DNA of 64,000 nucleotides, taken from the NCBI GenBank assembly GCA_963763085.1, contig CAVXNB010000003.1, positions 641,031 through 705,030 on the forward strand, written 5' to 3'. Source of the DNA: an uncultured Acidimicrobiaceae bacterium. GTDB lineage: Bacteria > Actinomycetota > Acidimicrobiia > Acidimicrobiales > Bog-793. Below the pieces are notes generated by a model that was given only the letters and a program-made list of their open reading frames with translations, was not told where the DNA came from and searched no databases. Numbering within the stretch: the first letter of the stretch is position 1; each line of letters begins with the position of its first letter. A program made the translations under genes and the position numbers. Positions 28,925 through 39,837 of the stretch are shown piece by piece.

Positions 28925-29881
28925 CTACATCCCGGTGATGTTCGCGAGGGCGCCTTCCGAACCCGAGCCACGTTCGCCCCGGGTCATGAAGCGGTAGGCG
29001 AAGTAGCCGAGCGTCGCCACGATGAGCGAGACGAGGAGCATGATCGTCGCGATCGCGTTCAGTGCCGGGCCGTTGTTGCCGCCTCTCGTCGCCGAGTAGA
29101 TCAGCACTGATACCGGCTGGGTGGCGGACGAGGACGACAGCAGGTCGACGATGACGAAGTCGTCGATCACGCCTGCGAAGACGAGCACGGCGCTCGCGAA
29201 GATGGCCGGCGAGAGCAGGGGAACGAGGACGCGTCGGACGGCTTCGAATCTCGAAGCGCCGAGGTCGGCCGCGGCCTCCTCGTAGCTCGGGCCGATCGAC
29301 ACGAGACGGGCGATCACGATGATCGCCGGCCAGCTGATGTTCCAGACGACGAGTCCGAGGACCTCCGCCCACGTGCCGAGCTTGACCGAGGTGTAAAGCT
29401 CGCTGAAGACCGAGAACAGCGCGACACCGAAGATGAGCTCGGGGACGACGAACGACACGATCATGATGAAGTTGAAGGAGGCCGACGTCCTCGATCGCCA
29501 CCGGTTGATCCCGATGCCGAACGCCACCCCGAGCGGGACGGCGATCAATGTCGTCAGCGCAGAGAGGCGCAACGTCTGGATGATCGCCTGGTGATAGACG
29601 GCGCCGTGGAGTACGGAGTTGATCGGGTCGGTGATGTACCACCGGAGCGAGAAGCCCTGCCACACGCTCTGGGACTTTCCACTGTTGAAGGAGAAGAGGA
29701 TCGCAAGCCCGATCGGCACGATCGACCAGATCAAGTAGAGCCAGGTGAAGCCCTCGAGGAACCACGCGTGCCGCCACGGGTTCCGCCATGGCGGGTTGCG
29801 GCGGCGGCGGACCGCCGGCGTGACGGCGCCGCCGGGGTCCTTCGGCGGGGCGCCGACCCTGACCGGGGTGTCGACGGCCAT
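28925..29881 (-). CDS. Polyamine-type ABC permease (PotC-like)
   Basis: FSFN..GFSLRWY, EEAAADLGA, NAIATIML. Confidence 0.88.
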   Translation of the reverse strand: MAVDTPVRVGAPPKDPGGAVTPAVRRRRNPPWRNPWRHAWFLEGFTWLYLIWSIVPIGLAILFSFNSGKSQSVWQGFSLRWYITDPINSVLHGAVYHQAIIQTLRLSALTTLIAVPLGVAFGIGINRWRSRTSASFNFIMIVSFVVPELIFGVALFSVFSELYTSVKLGTWAEVLGLVVWNISWPAIIVIARLVSIGPSYEEAAADLGASRFEAVRRVLVPLLSPAIFASAVLVFAGVIDDFVIVDLLSSSSATQPVSVLIYSATRGGNNGPALNAIATIMLLVSLIVATLGYFAYRFMTRGERGSGSEGALANITGM

Positions 29882-30831
29882 CAGGCGCGCCGGCCCGAGT
29901 TGGCGTAGGTCTGGAAGACGTAATAGGCCATCAGCGGCAGCAGCACGACGACCAGAAGCAGCGAGAGGGCGCTCCCCTGCGGCAGCAGCCCGGGCGTCGA
30001 GAGCTGGCCGTCGATCAGGTTGCCGATCATGGCCGTCCGCGGCGTGGCCGCCAGGAGCTGGTTGGTGAAGTAGTCACCCATCATCGGCAACGCCGTCACC
30101 AGCATGCCGGTCATGATCGTCTGCCGGCTGAGAGGCAGGGTGATGCGCGTGAAGGTGCGCCACCGGTTGAGGCCGAGATCGCGGCCCGCCTCGAGGAGTC
30201 GCTGGTCGATCCGGTCGAGCCCGGCGTAGAGCACGAGGATCAGGTAGGGGATGTAGCCGTAGACGAGACCGAGGATCACCGTCGACGCCTTGCCGCCCAG
30301 CCAGTTCACCGGCTGGCTCGTCAGGTGCAGATCCATGAGCGCCTTGTTGACGTAGCCGTCGGTCTGCAGGAGGTCGATCCACGCCAGCATCCGCATCATG
30401 TAGCTGACCCAGAACGGAGCGATGAGCAACACGAGGAACAGCACCTTGCGCCGGCCAGCCCAGCGGGTCACGAAATAGGCCGTCGGGTAGGCGATGAGCA
30501 GCGACAGCACCGACGCGATCACGACGTAGACGACCGTGCGGACGAACTCCGGCCCGATGAACGCGCCGGGGCCGATGAGGTCGTGAAAGATCGCCGTGAA
30601 GTTCGCCGATTGCCAATGGAGGGGGTTCCAGGCCGGCACCGGTGACTCGAAGATGTCGAGTGTGCCGCAGGCGATCGCGATCACAACGTAGAACGGCACG
30701 ATGAACAGCAGGACGAGGGTGACGATGCCGGGCGCCGAGAAGAGCCCCCAGACCCATCGTTGCTCCCGGGAATCGCGCCCTTTACGCGCCTTGGGTTGCT
30801 TGCCGCTCACCGGTTCCGCAACGGTGGCCAC
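29881..30831 (-). CDS. Polyamine-type ABC permease (PotB-like)
   Basis: IAYPTAYF, PFWVSYMMR, LLEAGRDLG, MIGNLI. Confidence 0.88.
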   Translation of the reverse strand: MATVAEPVSGKQPKARKGRDSREQRWVWGLFSAPGIVTLVLLFIVPFYVVIAIACGTLDIFESPVPAWNPLHWQSANFTAIFHDLIGPGAFIGPEFVRTVVYVVIASVLSLLIAYPTAYFVTRWAGRRKVLFLVLLIAPFWVSYMMRMLAWIDLLQTDGYVNKALMDLHLTSQPVNWLGGKASTVILGLVYGYIPYLILVLYAGLDRIDQRLLEAGRDLGLNRWRTFTRITLPLSRQTIMTGMLVTALPMMGDYFTNQLLAATPRTAMIGNLIDGQLSTPGLLPQGSALSLLLVVVLLPLMAYYVFQTYANSGRRA

Positions 30832-30832
30832 G

Positions 30833-32113
30833 TCACAGGCCGCCCGAGAACTCGAGCCAGTCCTGCTCCCACTGCACGTCGGCCGTCGGGGGGAGCTCGA
30901 GCTCGAAGAGACCCTTGCGGAAGTACGACGGCACGACGGCCGTGCTCATAAGGCTCGGCGGCAGGATCTTCTCCTTCACGAGCAGCTGAGGCGTGATCTT
31001 CGTGAGCGGCTGGATGTAGCCGTTGTAACTGATGTTCTCGATCGCGTTCTGTACGTCGAGGAAGTAGTTGAGAAACAAGTGCGCCAGCACCGGAGCCTTC
31101 GAAGTCGACAACACGACCATGGTGTCGTTCGCCACCGGTCCGATCCCGTTGGCCGGGAACCAGTAGCCGATGACGTCGACGGGCACACCCTTCGGCATGT
31201 ACTCCGCCGCCGAGGCCATGTCGCCGGACCACGAGTGATGGATCCACACCTGGCCGCTCGGCACGTTCGTGTAGTCGTTGTTGTCGATCTGAACGCCGCC
31301 GACCAGGGTGTCGAGGTCTTGGAGCGAGGCCTTCGAGAGCTTGAGCTGCTCGTCCGACGTCGTGTTCAGGTCGGTGATGCCGTTGTACATCAGCCCGAGG
31401 GAAAGTCCCTCACGGTAGTCGTCGAGGATGGCCACCTTGCCGGCGTACTTCTTCTGCCAGGGGAACTGGTAACCGTTCTTCCAGTGGGCCGGGTTGCCGT
31501 CGACGTGGTCCTTCCGCCAGGAGATGCCGGTCGTATAGACGGTGTAGGGCACCGTGTACCGCCAGTCGAGGTCGTAGAACGGGTTCTTGTAGTCGGGCCA
31601 GGCCTGCTCGATGTTCGGGATGTAACTGTGGTTGAGCGGCTTGATCAGCTTGGTCTCGACCAGCTGACCGAGGTTGTCCGGAGTCGGGACGAACACGTCG
31701 TAGTCGGCCTCGCCGCTCTTGATCTTCGAGATCGCGTCGGTGATCGTGTTGAAGCTCGTCCACTCGACCTTGCAGTTGTACTTCTTCTGGAAGTTGTTGA
31801 TACAGGCCTGGTTCATGTACGCGGTCCAGTTGTAGAGCTTCAGCGTCGCGTTCTGCTCAGGCTTGAGCCCGCTCGCGATCGGCTGGTTGTCCTTGAATAC
31901 CGGCCAGCGCACCGGGGCGTCCTTGCGCGGGAGCGGCAGCTTGGTGATCGTGGGACTGGCGTCAGCCGAACCGCCACATGCGGAGAGCAGCCCTCCGAGG
32001 CCGGCGGCGCCCACGCCCGCGCCGATCCCCTTCAGAAGGCTTCGCCTCGAGAGCGGCGCGGTACGGCGTCCGTCCGGGGTCCATCCTTCCCTTGGATGCC
32101 TCACCCGTCCCAC
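30833..32113 (-). CDS. Polyamine-type ABC substrate-binding lipoprotein (PotD-like), Tat
   Basis: SRRSLLK + LSAC lipobox; LYNWTAY, YTVPY..TTGI, WSGD. Confidence 0.88.
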   Translation of the reverse strand: MGRVRHPREGWTPDGRRTAPLSRRSLLKGIGAGVGAAGLGGLLSACGGSADASPTITKLPLPRKDAPVRWPVFKDNQPIASGLKPEQNATLKLYNWTAYMNQACINNFQKKYNCKVEWTSFNTITDAISKIKSGEADYDVFVPTPDNLGQLVETKLIKPLNHSYIPNIEQAWPDYKNPFYDLDWRYTVPYTVYTTGISWRKDHVDGNPAHWKNGYQFPWQKKYAGKVAILDDYREGLSLGLMYNGITDLNTTSDEQLKLSKASLQDLDTLVGGVQIDNNDYTNVPSGQVWIHHSWSGDMASAAEYMPKGVPVDVIGYWFPANGIGPVANDTMVVLSTSKAPVLAHLFLNYFLDVQNAIENISYNGYIQPLTKITPQLLVKEKILPPSLMSTAVVPSYFRKGLFELELPPTADVQWEQDWLEFSGGL

Positions 32114-32214
32114 CCCCCTCCGGTGACTAGGCCCTCAGGTCGTTGAACGACCGATCAAAAGTCAACCACCATCATGCATCGCTGCGCAATGCTCCGGGGG
32201 GTCGGGAGCCGGAC

Positions 32215-33594
32215 TCACCCGCCGACGGCAGCAGCAAAACGCTCGAAGTTCCCCACTAGCCGGCCCACGTCCTGCTCGTCGTGTTGCACGGAGATCAACC
32301 ACTGCTCGGTCTTGCCCCAGGGCGGCAGGAAGACGCCGCCGTTGTGCTGGAAGAGCCAGTGGGCATGGTTGTAGCGGTCGTCGACCTCGAGAAAGTCCCG
32401 GTAGTTGCGGACCTGGTCGCGGGAAAACGTCACGCAACCCTTCGCCCCGACCGATACGACGTGAGCGGGGAGGTCCCGGGTCGCGATGACGCGGCCGAGC
32501 TCGGTGCTGATCTCTGACGCCAGCACGGCGATGTGTGCGTAGGCCTCGGGGGTGGCGACCTCGGTCAGCATGGCCCGCGTCGCCGCCATCGCGAGCGGGT
32601 TGCCGTTGAACGTGCCGACCATGTCGTAGTCGCCGTTCGCGACATGCTCCATCACCTCGGCGCTGCCCCCCACGGCTGCGGACGCGATGCCGCCCCCGAT
32701 GGCCTTGGCGAGGCACGTGATGTCCGGCGTGACCCCCGTCAAGGCGGTCGCACCCCCGTAGCCGGCCGTCAGGCCCGTCTTCACCTCGTCGAAGGTGAGC
32801 AGCGCGTCGTGCTGGTGCAGCAGGTCCTTCAACCCTGGCAGATAGCCGGCGGCGGGCAGGATGATGCCGGCGTTCATCATTATCGGCTCGATGATCATCC
32901 CGGCGATCTCCCCGGGGTGCTCGTCGAAGGCGCGCGCCACGGCGTCGAGGTCGTTGAACGGAACGATGATCGTCAGCGCCATGATGGCGTCGGGGACGCC
33001 CGAGCTGGCGGGGACGTTCGTCGGCCGGCTCGCGGGTCCGACGTCGCCGGCGTCGGGCGTGACAGACACCTGGACCGAGTCGTGGTGCCCGTGGTAGCAG
33101 CCCTCGACCTTCAGGATCAGATCGCGGCCCGTGACCGCCCGCATGAGATGAACCGCGTCCATCGTCGCCTCGGTACCCGAGTTGCAAAAACGCCAGAGAG
33201 GCTGGCCGAACCGGCCGGCGAGCTCCTCGGCGACGAAGATCGCGTCCTCTGTAGGCTGTGCGAAGTGCGTCCCGCGGCCGACCTGGGACCTCACGGCCTC
33301 GACGATCGCGGGATGGGCGTGACCAGCCAGGCTGGCGCCGTAGCCGCCGTGCAGGTCGACGTATTCGGTCCCGTCGACGTCGTAGATCTTGGAACCGGAC
33401 CCGTGACTGAGCCAAACCGCCTGCGGACGCGTGATCTGCCAGCTGGAGGTCACGCCGCCGGCGAGCGACCCTCTCGCCCGATCGATGAGCCGGCGCGACT
33501 CGGGCTGGCGGGCGAGGAACAGCGCCTCCTGCTCGGCCACGACCGCATCAAGCCGTGATGCGAGATCGGCGGGGGTGGGCGACTGGACTACCAC
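32215..33594 (-). CDS. Class III aminotransferase, glutamate-1-semialdehyde aminomutase-like
   Basis: CNSGTEATM, GCYHGHHD, FDEVKTG, LAKAIGGG, GTFNGNP. Confidence 0.88.
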   Translation of the reverse strand: MVVQSPTPADLASRLDAVVAEQEALFLARQPESRRLIDRARGSLAGGVTSSWQITRPQAVWLSHGSGSKIYDVDGTEYVDLHGGYGASLAGHAHPAIVEAVRSQVGRGTHFAQPTEDAIFVAEELAGRFGQPLWRFCNSGTEATMDAVHLMRAVTGRDLILKVEGCYHGHHDSVQVSVTPDAGDVGPASRPTNVPASSGVPDAIMALTIIVPFNDLDAVARAFDEHPGEIAGMIIEPIMMNAGIILPAAGYLPGLKDLLHQHDALLTFDEVKTGLTAGYGGATALTGVTPDITCLAKAIGGGIASAAVGGSAEVMEHVANGDYDMVGTFNGNPLAMAATRAMLTEVATPEAYAHIAVLASEISTELGRVIATRDLPAHVVSVGAKGCVTFSRDQVRNYRDFLEVDDRYNHAHWLFQHNGGVFLPPWGKTEQWLISVQHDEQDVGRLVGNFERFAAAVGG

Positions 33595-33629
33595 GAGATT
33601 TCTCCGTTTCGGAAGCAGCTTGAGCTTGC

Positions 33630-33649
33630 TTGACTGAACGTTCAGTCTA
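33630..33649. promoter_or_regulatory. Palindromic operator copy 4 (TTGACTGAACGTTCAGTCTA, near-perfect)
   Basis: Core GACTGAAC/GTTCAGTC is a perfect palindrome; between the divergent aminotransferase and mscR. Confidence 0.78.
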
Positions 33650-33739
33650 GGACTGGCGCCGTCGCCTGGCAAGGGACGGGCGCGGAGGACTACACACATA
33701 GCCGACACGTTGTTCGTCCAGGTGGAAGGAGAGGCCCAG

Positions 33740-34831
33740 ATGGCACATGACGTGAAGGGCGTCATCGCCCGAGCCAAGGGTGCGCCCGTCGAGGTCACGA
33801 CGATCGTGGTACCGGACCCCGGCCCGGGAGAGGCGCTCGTGCGCGTCCAGGCCTGCGGCGTTTGCCACACCGATCTGCACTATCGGGAGGGTGGGATCAA
33901 CGACGAGTTCCCGTTTCTGCTCGGTCACGAGGCGGCCGGCGTGGTCGAGGCGGTAGGGCCGGACGTGACGGGGGTGGCGCAGGGCGACTTCGTCATCCTC
34001 AATTGGCGAGCCGTCTGCGGCGAGTGCCGGTCGTGCCGCCGCGGCCGGCCGCAATACTGCTTCGCCACCCACAACGCCGCGCAGAAGATGACGCTCCCGG
34101 ACGGCACCCCGCTCGCACCTGCGCTCGGCATCGGCGCGTTCGCCGAGAAGACACTCGTCGCCGCCGGCCAGTGCACGAAAGTCGACGCACGTGCTCGGCC
34201 AGAGGCGGCCGGCCTGCTCGGCTGCGGTGTCATGGCGGGACTCGGCGCGTCGATGTTCACCGGCGAGGTCGGCCTCGGCGACTCGGTGGCGGTCTTCGGG
34301 TGCGGTGGCGTCGGCTGCGCGGCGATCGCCGGCGCTCGACTGGCCGGCGCTTCAACCGTCATCGGCGTCGATCTCGACCCTCGCAAGCTCGAGCTTGCAA
34401 AACAGTTCGGAGCGACCCACACCGTCAACGCCGCCGAACGAGACCCGGTCGAGGCGATCAGGGCCCTCACCGGCGGCAACGGCGCCAACGTGTGCGTAGA
34501 GGCCGTCGGGAACCCAAAGGTCATGGAACAGGCGTTCTTCGCCCGTGATCTCGCCGGAACGCTGGTCCAGGTCGGGGTGCCGACGCCGGAGATGCGCATC
34601 GACCTTCCGATGATCGAGTTCTTCGGGCGCGGTGGGCGGCTCAAGCCCAGCTGGTACGGCGACTGCTTGCCCTCCCGCGACTTTCCGATGCTGATCGACT
34701 TGTACCTGCAGGGCCGACTGGATCTGGACCGGTTCGTGTCCGAGACGATCGCGCTCGACGAAGTCGAGGAGGCCTTCCACCGCATGGAGCGCGGCGAAGT
34801 TCTCCGTTCGGTCGTGGTTATGGCCTCGTGA
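33740..34831 (+). CDS. mscR: S-(hydroxymethyl)mycothiol dehydrogenase
   Basis: [44 protein letters not shown], characteristic of AdhE2/MscR. Confidence 0.93.
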   Translation: MAHDVKGVIARAKGAPVEVTTIVVPDPGPGEALVRVQACGVCHTDLHYREGGINDEFPFLLGHEAAGVVEAVGPDVTGVAQGDFVILNWRAVCGECRSCRRGRPQYCFATHNAAQKMTLPDGTPLAPALGIGAFAEKTLVAAGQCTKVDARARPEAAGLLGCGVMAGLGASMFTGEVGLGDSVAVFGCGGVGCAAIAGARLAGASTVIGVDLDPRKLELAKQFGATHTVNAAERDPVEAIRALTGGNGANVCVEAVGNPKVMEQAFFARDLAGTLVQVGVPTPEMRIDLPMIEFFGRGGRLKPSWYGDCLPSRDFPMLIDLYLQGRLDLDRFVSETIALDEVEEAFHRMERGEVLRSVVVMAS

Positions 34832-35449
34832 TCGATCACGTGGTGACGAGCGGGATCTTCTCGCTCGACGGCCAGGACTTCGAGGTCGAGAACAACATCT
34901 GGCTGGTCGGTGACGACGCCGAGGTGCTCGTGATCGACGCCGCGCACGACCATCGTCCGATTGCGTCGGCTGTCGGCGGTCGGAGCGTGGTCGCCATCGC
35001 CGTGACCCACGGCCACAACGACCACATCAACGCTGCCGGCGCTTTGTCCGACGCCGTCGGCGCCCCGATATGGATCCATCCCGACGACCTCATGCTGTGG
35101 CGGACCGTCTACACGGACCGAGCGCCGGACGAGCTCCTCGTCGACGGGCAGTGGCTGTCCGCCGGCTCGACGATGCTGCAGCGTGCTGCACACGCCGGGG
35201 CACTCGCCCGGCGGCTGCTGCTTCTACGACTCCGAGGAGGGCGTAGTGTTCTCCGGCGACACGCTGTTCAAGGGGGGCCCGGGGGCGACCGGGCGCAGCT
35301 ACTCGGACTTCCCGACGATCGTCGAGTCGATTCGAACCCGTCTTTTGACCTTGCCCCCAGAAACCAAGGTCCTCACGGGGCACGGTTCCCCGACCACCAT
35401 CGCCGACGAGGCTCCGCACCTCGAGGAGTGGATCGCCCGCGGGCACTGA
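34828..35449 (+). CDS. MBL-fold hydrolase (probable S-formylmycothiol hydrolase); frameshift near 35180
   Basis: [31 protein letters not shown]; usual partner of mscR. Confidence 0.85.
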
Positions 35450-35478
35450 AACCGGGGCGGTTCGCCGGCGGTACGTCC

Positions 35479-35586
35479 CGTGGCATAGTCGAATTTCTTT
35501 TCAAACTTGCCTCCGATCGAGATTGCGACCAGTCACAATCTTTCGCGGAGGCAAGTTGCGGAACAATTTGAACTATCCCGGAGCTC
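35479..35586. repeat. AT-rich palindromic element copy A
   Basis: AACTTGCCTCCG (35504-35515) / CGGAGGCAAGTT (35546-35557) with an inner AGATTG..CAATCT stem; homologous to 47764-47868. Confidence 0.7.
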
Positions 35587-35630
35587 CCGCCGGTTGTAAG
35601 AGCGGGCGGCGGTGCGGCGGGCCGGCGGGA

Positions 35631-36812
35631 CTAGCGGAGCACCTGGCCCGCCCGAACGACCGTGGCAACGAGATCGACGCCGGGCCGGTAGGCGAGATGT
35701 GCCGGTGTCGGTGCCTCCAGCACGGCGAGATCGCCGCGCAGTCCCGGCGCAAGCGCGCCCAGGTCGTCGCGCCTGAGCGCACGTGCACCGCCGGCGGTTG
35801 CGGCGAACAGTGCCTCGTCGGGGGTCATGCGCATCTCGCGCACGGCGAGGGCTATGACGAACGGCATGCTCGTCGTGTAGCTGGTTCCCGGATTGCAATC
35901 GGTAGCGAGCGCGACCGCGACTCCGGCGTCCAGCAACCGGCGAGCGTCCGGGTAGGGCGATCGGGTGGAGAACTCGGCTCCGGGAAGAAGCGTCGCCACG
36001 GTCTCGGAACCGGCCAACGCATCTACGTCGGCGGCCTCGAGATGCGTGCAATGGTCGGCCGACGCAGCGCCCATCTCGACCGCGAGCCGGACCCCGGGAC
36101 CGTGGGAGAGCTGGTTGGCGTGCACCCTGAGGCCGAGCCCGCGCGCACGCGCCGCCTGCAGGATCTCCCTGGAGGCGTCAACCCCGAAGGCTCCCGACTC
36201 GCAGAAGACGTCGCACCACCGGGCTTTCGGTGCACAGGCGTCGAGCATCGGGCCGGCGACGAGGGCGACGTACTCGGCTTCCCGCCCCCGGTATTCGGGT
36301 GGCACGACATGGGCGCCGAGGTACGTGACCTCCTCGGCGACCGTCTCGGCGACATCGAGGCAGCGGGACTCGTCCACGACGGTCAGGCCATAGCCCGACT
36401 TGGTCTCGAGCGTCGTGGTGCCCTGGCGCTCGGCCTCGCGGGCGAGCGCCGCCGCTTTTCTCCGGAGCACATCGTCGCCGGCGGCGCGCGTCGCCGCGAC
36501 CGTGGTGGAGATCCCGCCGGCGTCGTAGCGAGTTCCGGCCATGCGTGCCGTGAACTCGTCGACGCGGTCGCCCGCGAAAACGAGGTGGGTGTGCGAGTCC
36601 ACGAAGCCCGGGATCACGCACCGGCCCGAGACGTCGAGCAACGAGTCGGTCGCGGGCGATGAGCCGGCGTCACCGAGCCATGCGACGACACCGTCCTCGA
36701 TGACGAGGTCGACGTCGCGTCGGGTGCCGAGCGCGCCCTCTCCAAGCTCTGGCCGATTGGTCACCAGCAGCCCGATCCCGCGCACGAGGAGTGAACCGGT
36801 GGTGGGCCTCAC
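35631..36812 (-). CDS. hutI: Imidazolonepropionase
   Basis: [43 protein letters not shown]. Confidence 0.95.
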   Translation of the reverse strand: MRPTTGSLLVRGIGLLVTNRPELGEGALGTRRDVDLVIEDGVVAWLGDAGSSPATDSLLDVSGRCVIPGFVDSHTHLVFAGDRVDEFTARMAGTRYDAGGISTTVAATRAAGDDVLRRKAAALAREAERQGTTTLETKSGYGLTVVDESRCLDVAETVAEEVTYLGAHVVPPEYRGREAEYVALVAGPMLDACAPKARWCDVFCESGAFGVDASREILQAARARGLGLRVHANQLSHGPGVRLAVEMGAASADHCTHLEAADVDALAGSETVATLLPGAEFSTRSPYPDARRLLDAGVAVALATDCNPGTSYTTSMPFVIALAVREMRMTPDEALFAATAGGARALRRDDLGALAPGLRGDLAVLEAPTPAHLAYRPGVDLVATVVRAGQVLR

Positions 36813-38164
36813 GTGCCGGCCCCGGCTCCATGGAGGGTCGCGAGGGCGTAGTTCATCGCCCGAGCTGGATCCTCGATCAACTGATGGCGGCGGGCTGCCA
36901 CTACCTGTCGGCCTCCGACGACGACGTCGGTGACGTCGGCGCCGGTCGCCGCGAAGACGAGCGAGGCGACCATCGCGTCCGGCCTCGTCCCGGCGAGGCG
37001 CGGCGAGTCGAGCCCGACGGTCACGAAATCGGCGAGGGCGCCCGGCACGAGCCGCCCCGCATCCGCCCAGCCGAGCGACCGGTGGCCGGCGAGCGTGGCG
37101 GCCTCCAGCAGCGCCTCGGGCGTGTGCACCCCGCGGCGGAACCTCACGAGGCGCTCGTCGAGCTCGATGCCGCGCGCCTCTTCGAACAGGTCCACGACGG
37201 CGTGGCTGTCGGAGCCGACGCACAGTGGGCTCCCGGCTTCCGCCAGCGCGCCCGCGGGGCCGACCCCGTCGGCGAGGTCGCGTTCGGTCGTCGGGCACAT
37301 GCAGATCGAGGTGCGCCGCGAACCGAGCAACTGAACGTCCGCCGGCTCGAGGTGCGTGGCGTGGACGGCGGTCGTCGACGGCCCGAGAGCACCTTCGTCC
37401 CCGAGGAGGCGCGCCGGCGTGCGGCCGTAGGCAGCCAGGCAGCCCTCGTTCTCGGCGGTCTGCTCGGAAAGATGGACGTGCAGAGGCGCATCACGTTCGG
37501 ATGCCCAGGCAGCGACCGGACCGATGGAAGGCGCGTCGACGGCTCGGACGCTGTGCACAGCAGCGCCGATCCGTGCGAGCCGACCGCCCACGAGGGCTCC
37601 GGCGCGCTCCGCCCACGCCTCGACGGAGCCGTCCCCGAACCGCAGCTGCACCCCCTCGAGCTCCCGGTCGAACCCGCCCTTCAGATAGCACGTGTCGAGA
37701 AGGGTGATCCTTATGCCGGCGCCGGCGGCGGCGTCGATCAGGACCTGGCCCATCGCGTTCGGATCGCTGTACGGCACGCCGCCGGGCCCGTGGTGCAGAT
37801 AGTGGAACTCCCCCACCACCGTGACGCCGCTCAGTGCCATCTCGGCGAACAACGCCTGAGCGAGGTTGAAGTAGCTCTCGGGATCGAGGCGCTCGGCGAC
37901 GGCGTACATCTGCTCCCGCCATGTCCAGAAGTCGCCCGGACCGGTCTGGGACCTCCCTCGGAGCGCCCGGTGGAACGCGTGCGAATGAACGTTGGCGAGC
38001 CCCGGGAGGGTGACACCCGGAAGCACGACGGCCCCGTCCGGCAGGTCACTGCCCGGCGTCACCCGGACGAGGCGATCCGCTTCGACATCGAGCAGCACCG
38101 ATCCCGCCACCTCGCCGCGCCCGGGATCACCGACGATCCCGAACTCGCAGAAGTACGACGTCAA
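36809..38164 (-). CDS. hutF: Formimidoylglutamate deiminase
   Basis: [41 protein letters not shown]. Confidence 0.95.
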   Translation of the reverse strand: MTSYFCEFGIVGDPGRGEVAGSVLLDVEADRLVRVTPGSDLPDGAVVLPGVTLPGLANVHSHAFHRALRGRSQTGPGDFWTWREQMYAVAERLDPESYFNLAQALFAEMALSGVTVVGEFHYLHHGPGGVPYSDPNAMGQVLIDAAAGAGIRITLLDTCYLKGGFDRELEGVQLRFGDGSVEAWAERAGALVGGRLARIGAAVHSVRAVDAPSIGPVAAWASERDAPLHVHLSEQTAENEGCLAAYGRTPARLLGDEGALGPSTTAVHATHLEPADVQLLGSRRTSICMCPTTERDLADGVGPAGALAEAGSPLCVGSDSHAVVDLFEEARGIELDERLVRFRRGVHTPEALLEAATLAGHRSLGWADAGRLVPGALADFVTVGLDSPRLAGTRPDAMVASLVFAATGADVTDVVVGGRQVVAARRHQLIEDPARAMNYALATLHGAGAGT

Positions 38165-39837
38165 GCGAGCCGGCCGGGAGCCTCGAAGCCCATCGGAACG
38201 GGCACCCCGTGGGCCTCGGCGTGCTCGCGCGCCTGGACGTAGCCGGCATCGACGTGTCGCAGCACGCCCGTCAGCGGGTCGTTCGCAAGGACGCGGGAGA
38301 GCTTCGCCTCGGCCAGCAGGCTGCCATCCGCGACGCTCACCTGGCCGGCGTGGATGGACCGGCCGATCCCGACACCGCCGCCGTGGTGGATGGACACCCA
38401 GGATGCGCCCGAGGAGGCGTTGACGAGCGCGTTCAGAAGCGGCCAGTCGGCGATGGCGTCGGAGCCGTCGGCCATCGCCTCGGTCTCGCGGTAGGGCGAC
38501 GCCACCGAGCCGGCGTCGAGGTGATCCCTGCCGATGACGACCGGTGCGGCGAGCTCGCCCGATGCCACCAGGGCGTTGAACTCGAGACCCGCCCGGTCTC
38601 GCTCCCCGTGGCCGAGCCAGCAGATCCTCGCCGGAAGGCCCTGGAAGGCGACGCGCTCGGAGGCCATGCGGATCCAGCGCGACATCGACTCGTTCTCGGG
38701 GAACATGCGGAGCATGGCGCGGTCCGTCGTTTCGATGTCGCGGGGATCGCCGGAGAGCGCCGCCCACCGAAACGGCCCCTTTCCCTCGCAGAACAGCGGA
38801 CGGATGTAGGCGGGGACGAAGCCCGGAAAGTCGAACGCCCGGTCGAAGCCGCCGAGCAGCGCCTCGCCGCGGATGGAGTTGCCGTAGTCGAAGACCTCCG
38901 CTCCTGCGTCGAGGAAGCCGACCATCGCCTCGACGTGGATCGTCATCGAGGCTCGCGCCCGTTCGGTGAACTCTCGGGGGTCGCGCTCGCGCTCGGACGC
39001 CCAGTCCTCGAAGGAGACGCCGAGCGGGAGATACGCGAGAGGGTCGTGGGCCGAAGTCTGGTCAGTCACGATGTCGACTTCGATCCCCATCGAGAGAAGC
39101 CGGGGCAGGACGTCGGCGGCGTTGCCCTCGAGCCCGATCGACAGCGGTCGCCGGGCTGCCTTGGCCTCCAGCGCCTGGCGGACGGCGTCCTCGAGGTCGT
39201 TCGCCCGGGCGTCGAGATACCGCGTCTCGATGCGGCGTTCGATCCTCGAGGGGTCGCACTCGATGCAGAGCGCGACGCCCCCGTTCATCGTGACCGCGAG
39301 CGGCTGCGCCCCGCCCATGCCGCCGAGGCCGGCGGTGAGGGTCAGGGTGCCGAGGAGCGAGTCGCCGAATCGCTTGCGGGCGATGGCCGCGAACGTCTCG
39401 TAGGTGCCCTGGAGGATGCCCTGACTCCCGATGTAGATCCACGAGCCCGCTGTCATCTGCCCGTACATCGTCAGGCCGAGAGCCTCGAGACGGCGGAACT
39501 CCTCCCACGTCGCCCACTGCGGCACGAGGTTCGAATTCGCGATCAGGACCCGAGGCGCCCACTCGTGGGTCCGGACGACCCCGACGGGCTTGCCCGACTG
39601 CACGAGCAGGGTCTCGTCGTCGCCAAGCTCACGGAGCTCCCGGATTATCGCCTCGAAGGCATCCCACGACCGGGCGGCGCGGCCGGTGCCGCCGTAGACG
39701 ACCAGGTTGTCCGGATGCTCGGCCACGTCCGGGTCGAGATTGTTCATGAGCATGCGGAGCGCCGCTTCCTGAGGCCATCCCTTGCAGGAGCGCTCGGTGC
39801 CTCGGGGCGACCGAACGACGCGGGGGCCGGCGGTCAC
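38161..39837 (-). CDS. hutU: Urocanate hydratase
   Basis: [45 protein letters not shown]. Confidence 0.96.
   Translation of the reverse strand: MTAGPRVVRSPRGTERSCKGWPQEAALRMLMNNLDPDVAEHPDNLVVYGGTGRAARSWDAFEAIIRELRELGDDETLLVQSGKPVGVVRTHEWAPRVLIANSNLVPQWATWEEFRRLEALGLTMYGQMTAGSWIYIGSQGILQGTYETFAAIARKRFGDSLLGTLTLTAGLGGMGGAQPLAVTMNGGVALCIECDPSRIERRIETRYLDARANDLEDAVRQALEAKAARRPLSIGLEGNAADVLPRLLSMGIEVDIVTDQTSAHDPLAYLPLGVSFEDWASERERDPREFTERARASMTIHVEAMVGFLDAGAEVFDYGNSIRGEALLGGFDRAFDFPGFVPAYIRPLFCEGKGPFRWAALSGDPRDIETTDRAMLRMFPENESMSRWIRMASERVAFQGLPARICWLGHGERDRAGLEFNALVASGELAAPVVIGRDHLDAGSVASPYRETEAMADGSDAIADWPLLNALVNASSGASWVSIHHGGGVGIGRSIHAGQVSVADGSLLAEAKLSRVLANDPLTGVLRHVDAGYVQAREHAEAHGVPVPMGFEAPGRLA

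Noticed and set aside
32143-32162. Fifth TetR box upstream of potD (TTGAACGACCGATCAAAAGT)
   Set aside because: Only about 12 of 20 positions match the closest copy; not called
24173-33594. Carotenoid (crtI) and heme (hemL) biosynthesis calls
   Set aside because: No crtB/crtE or hem genes nearby; context and shared operators point to catabolism
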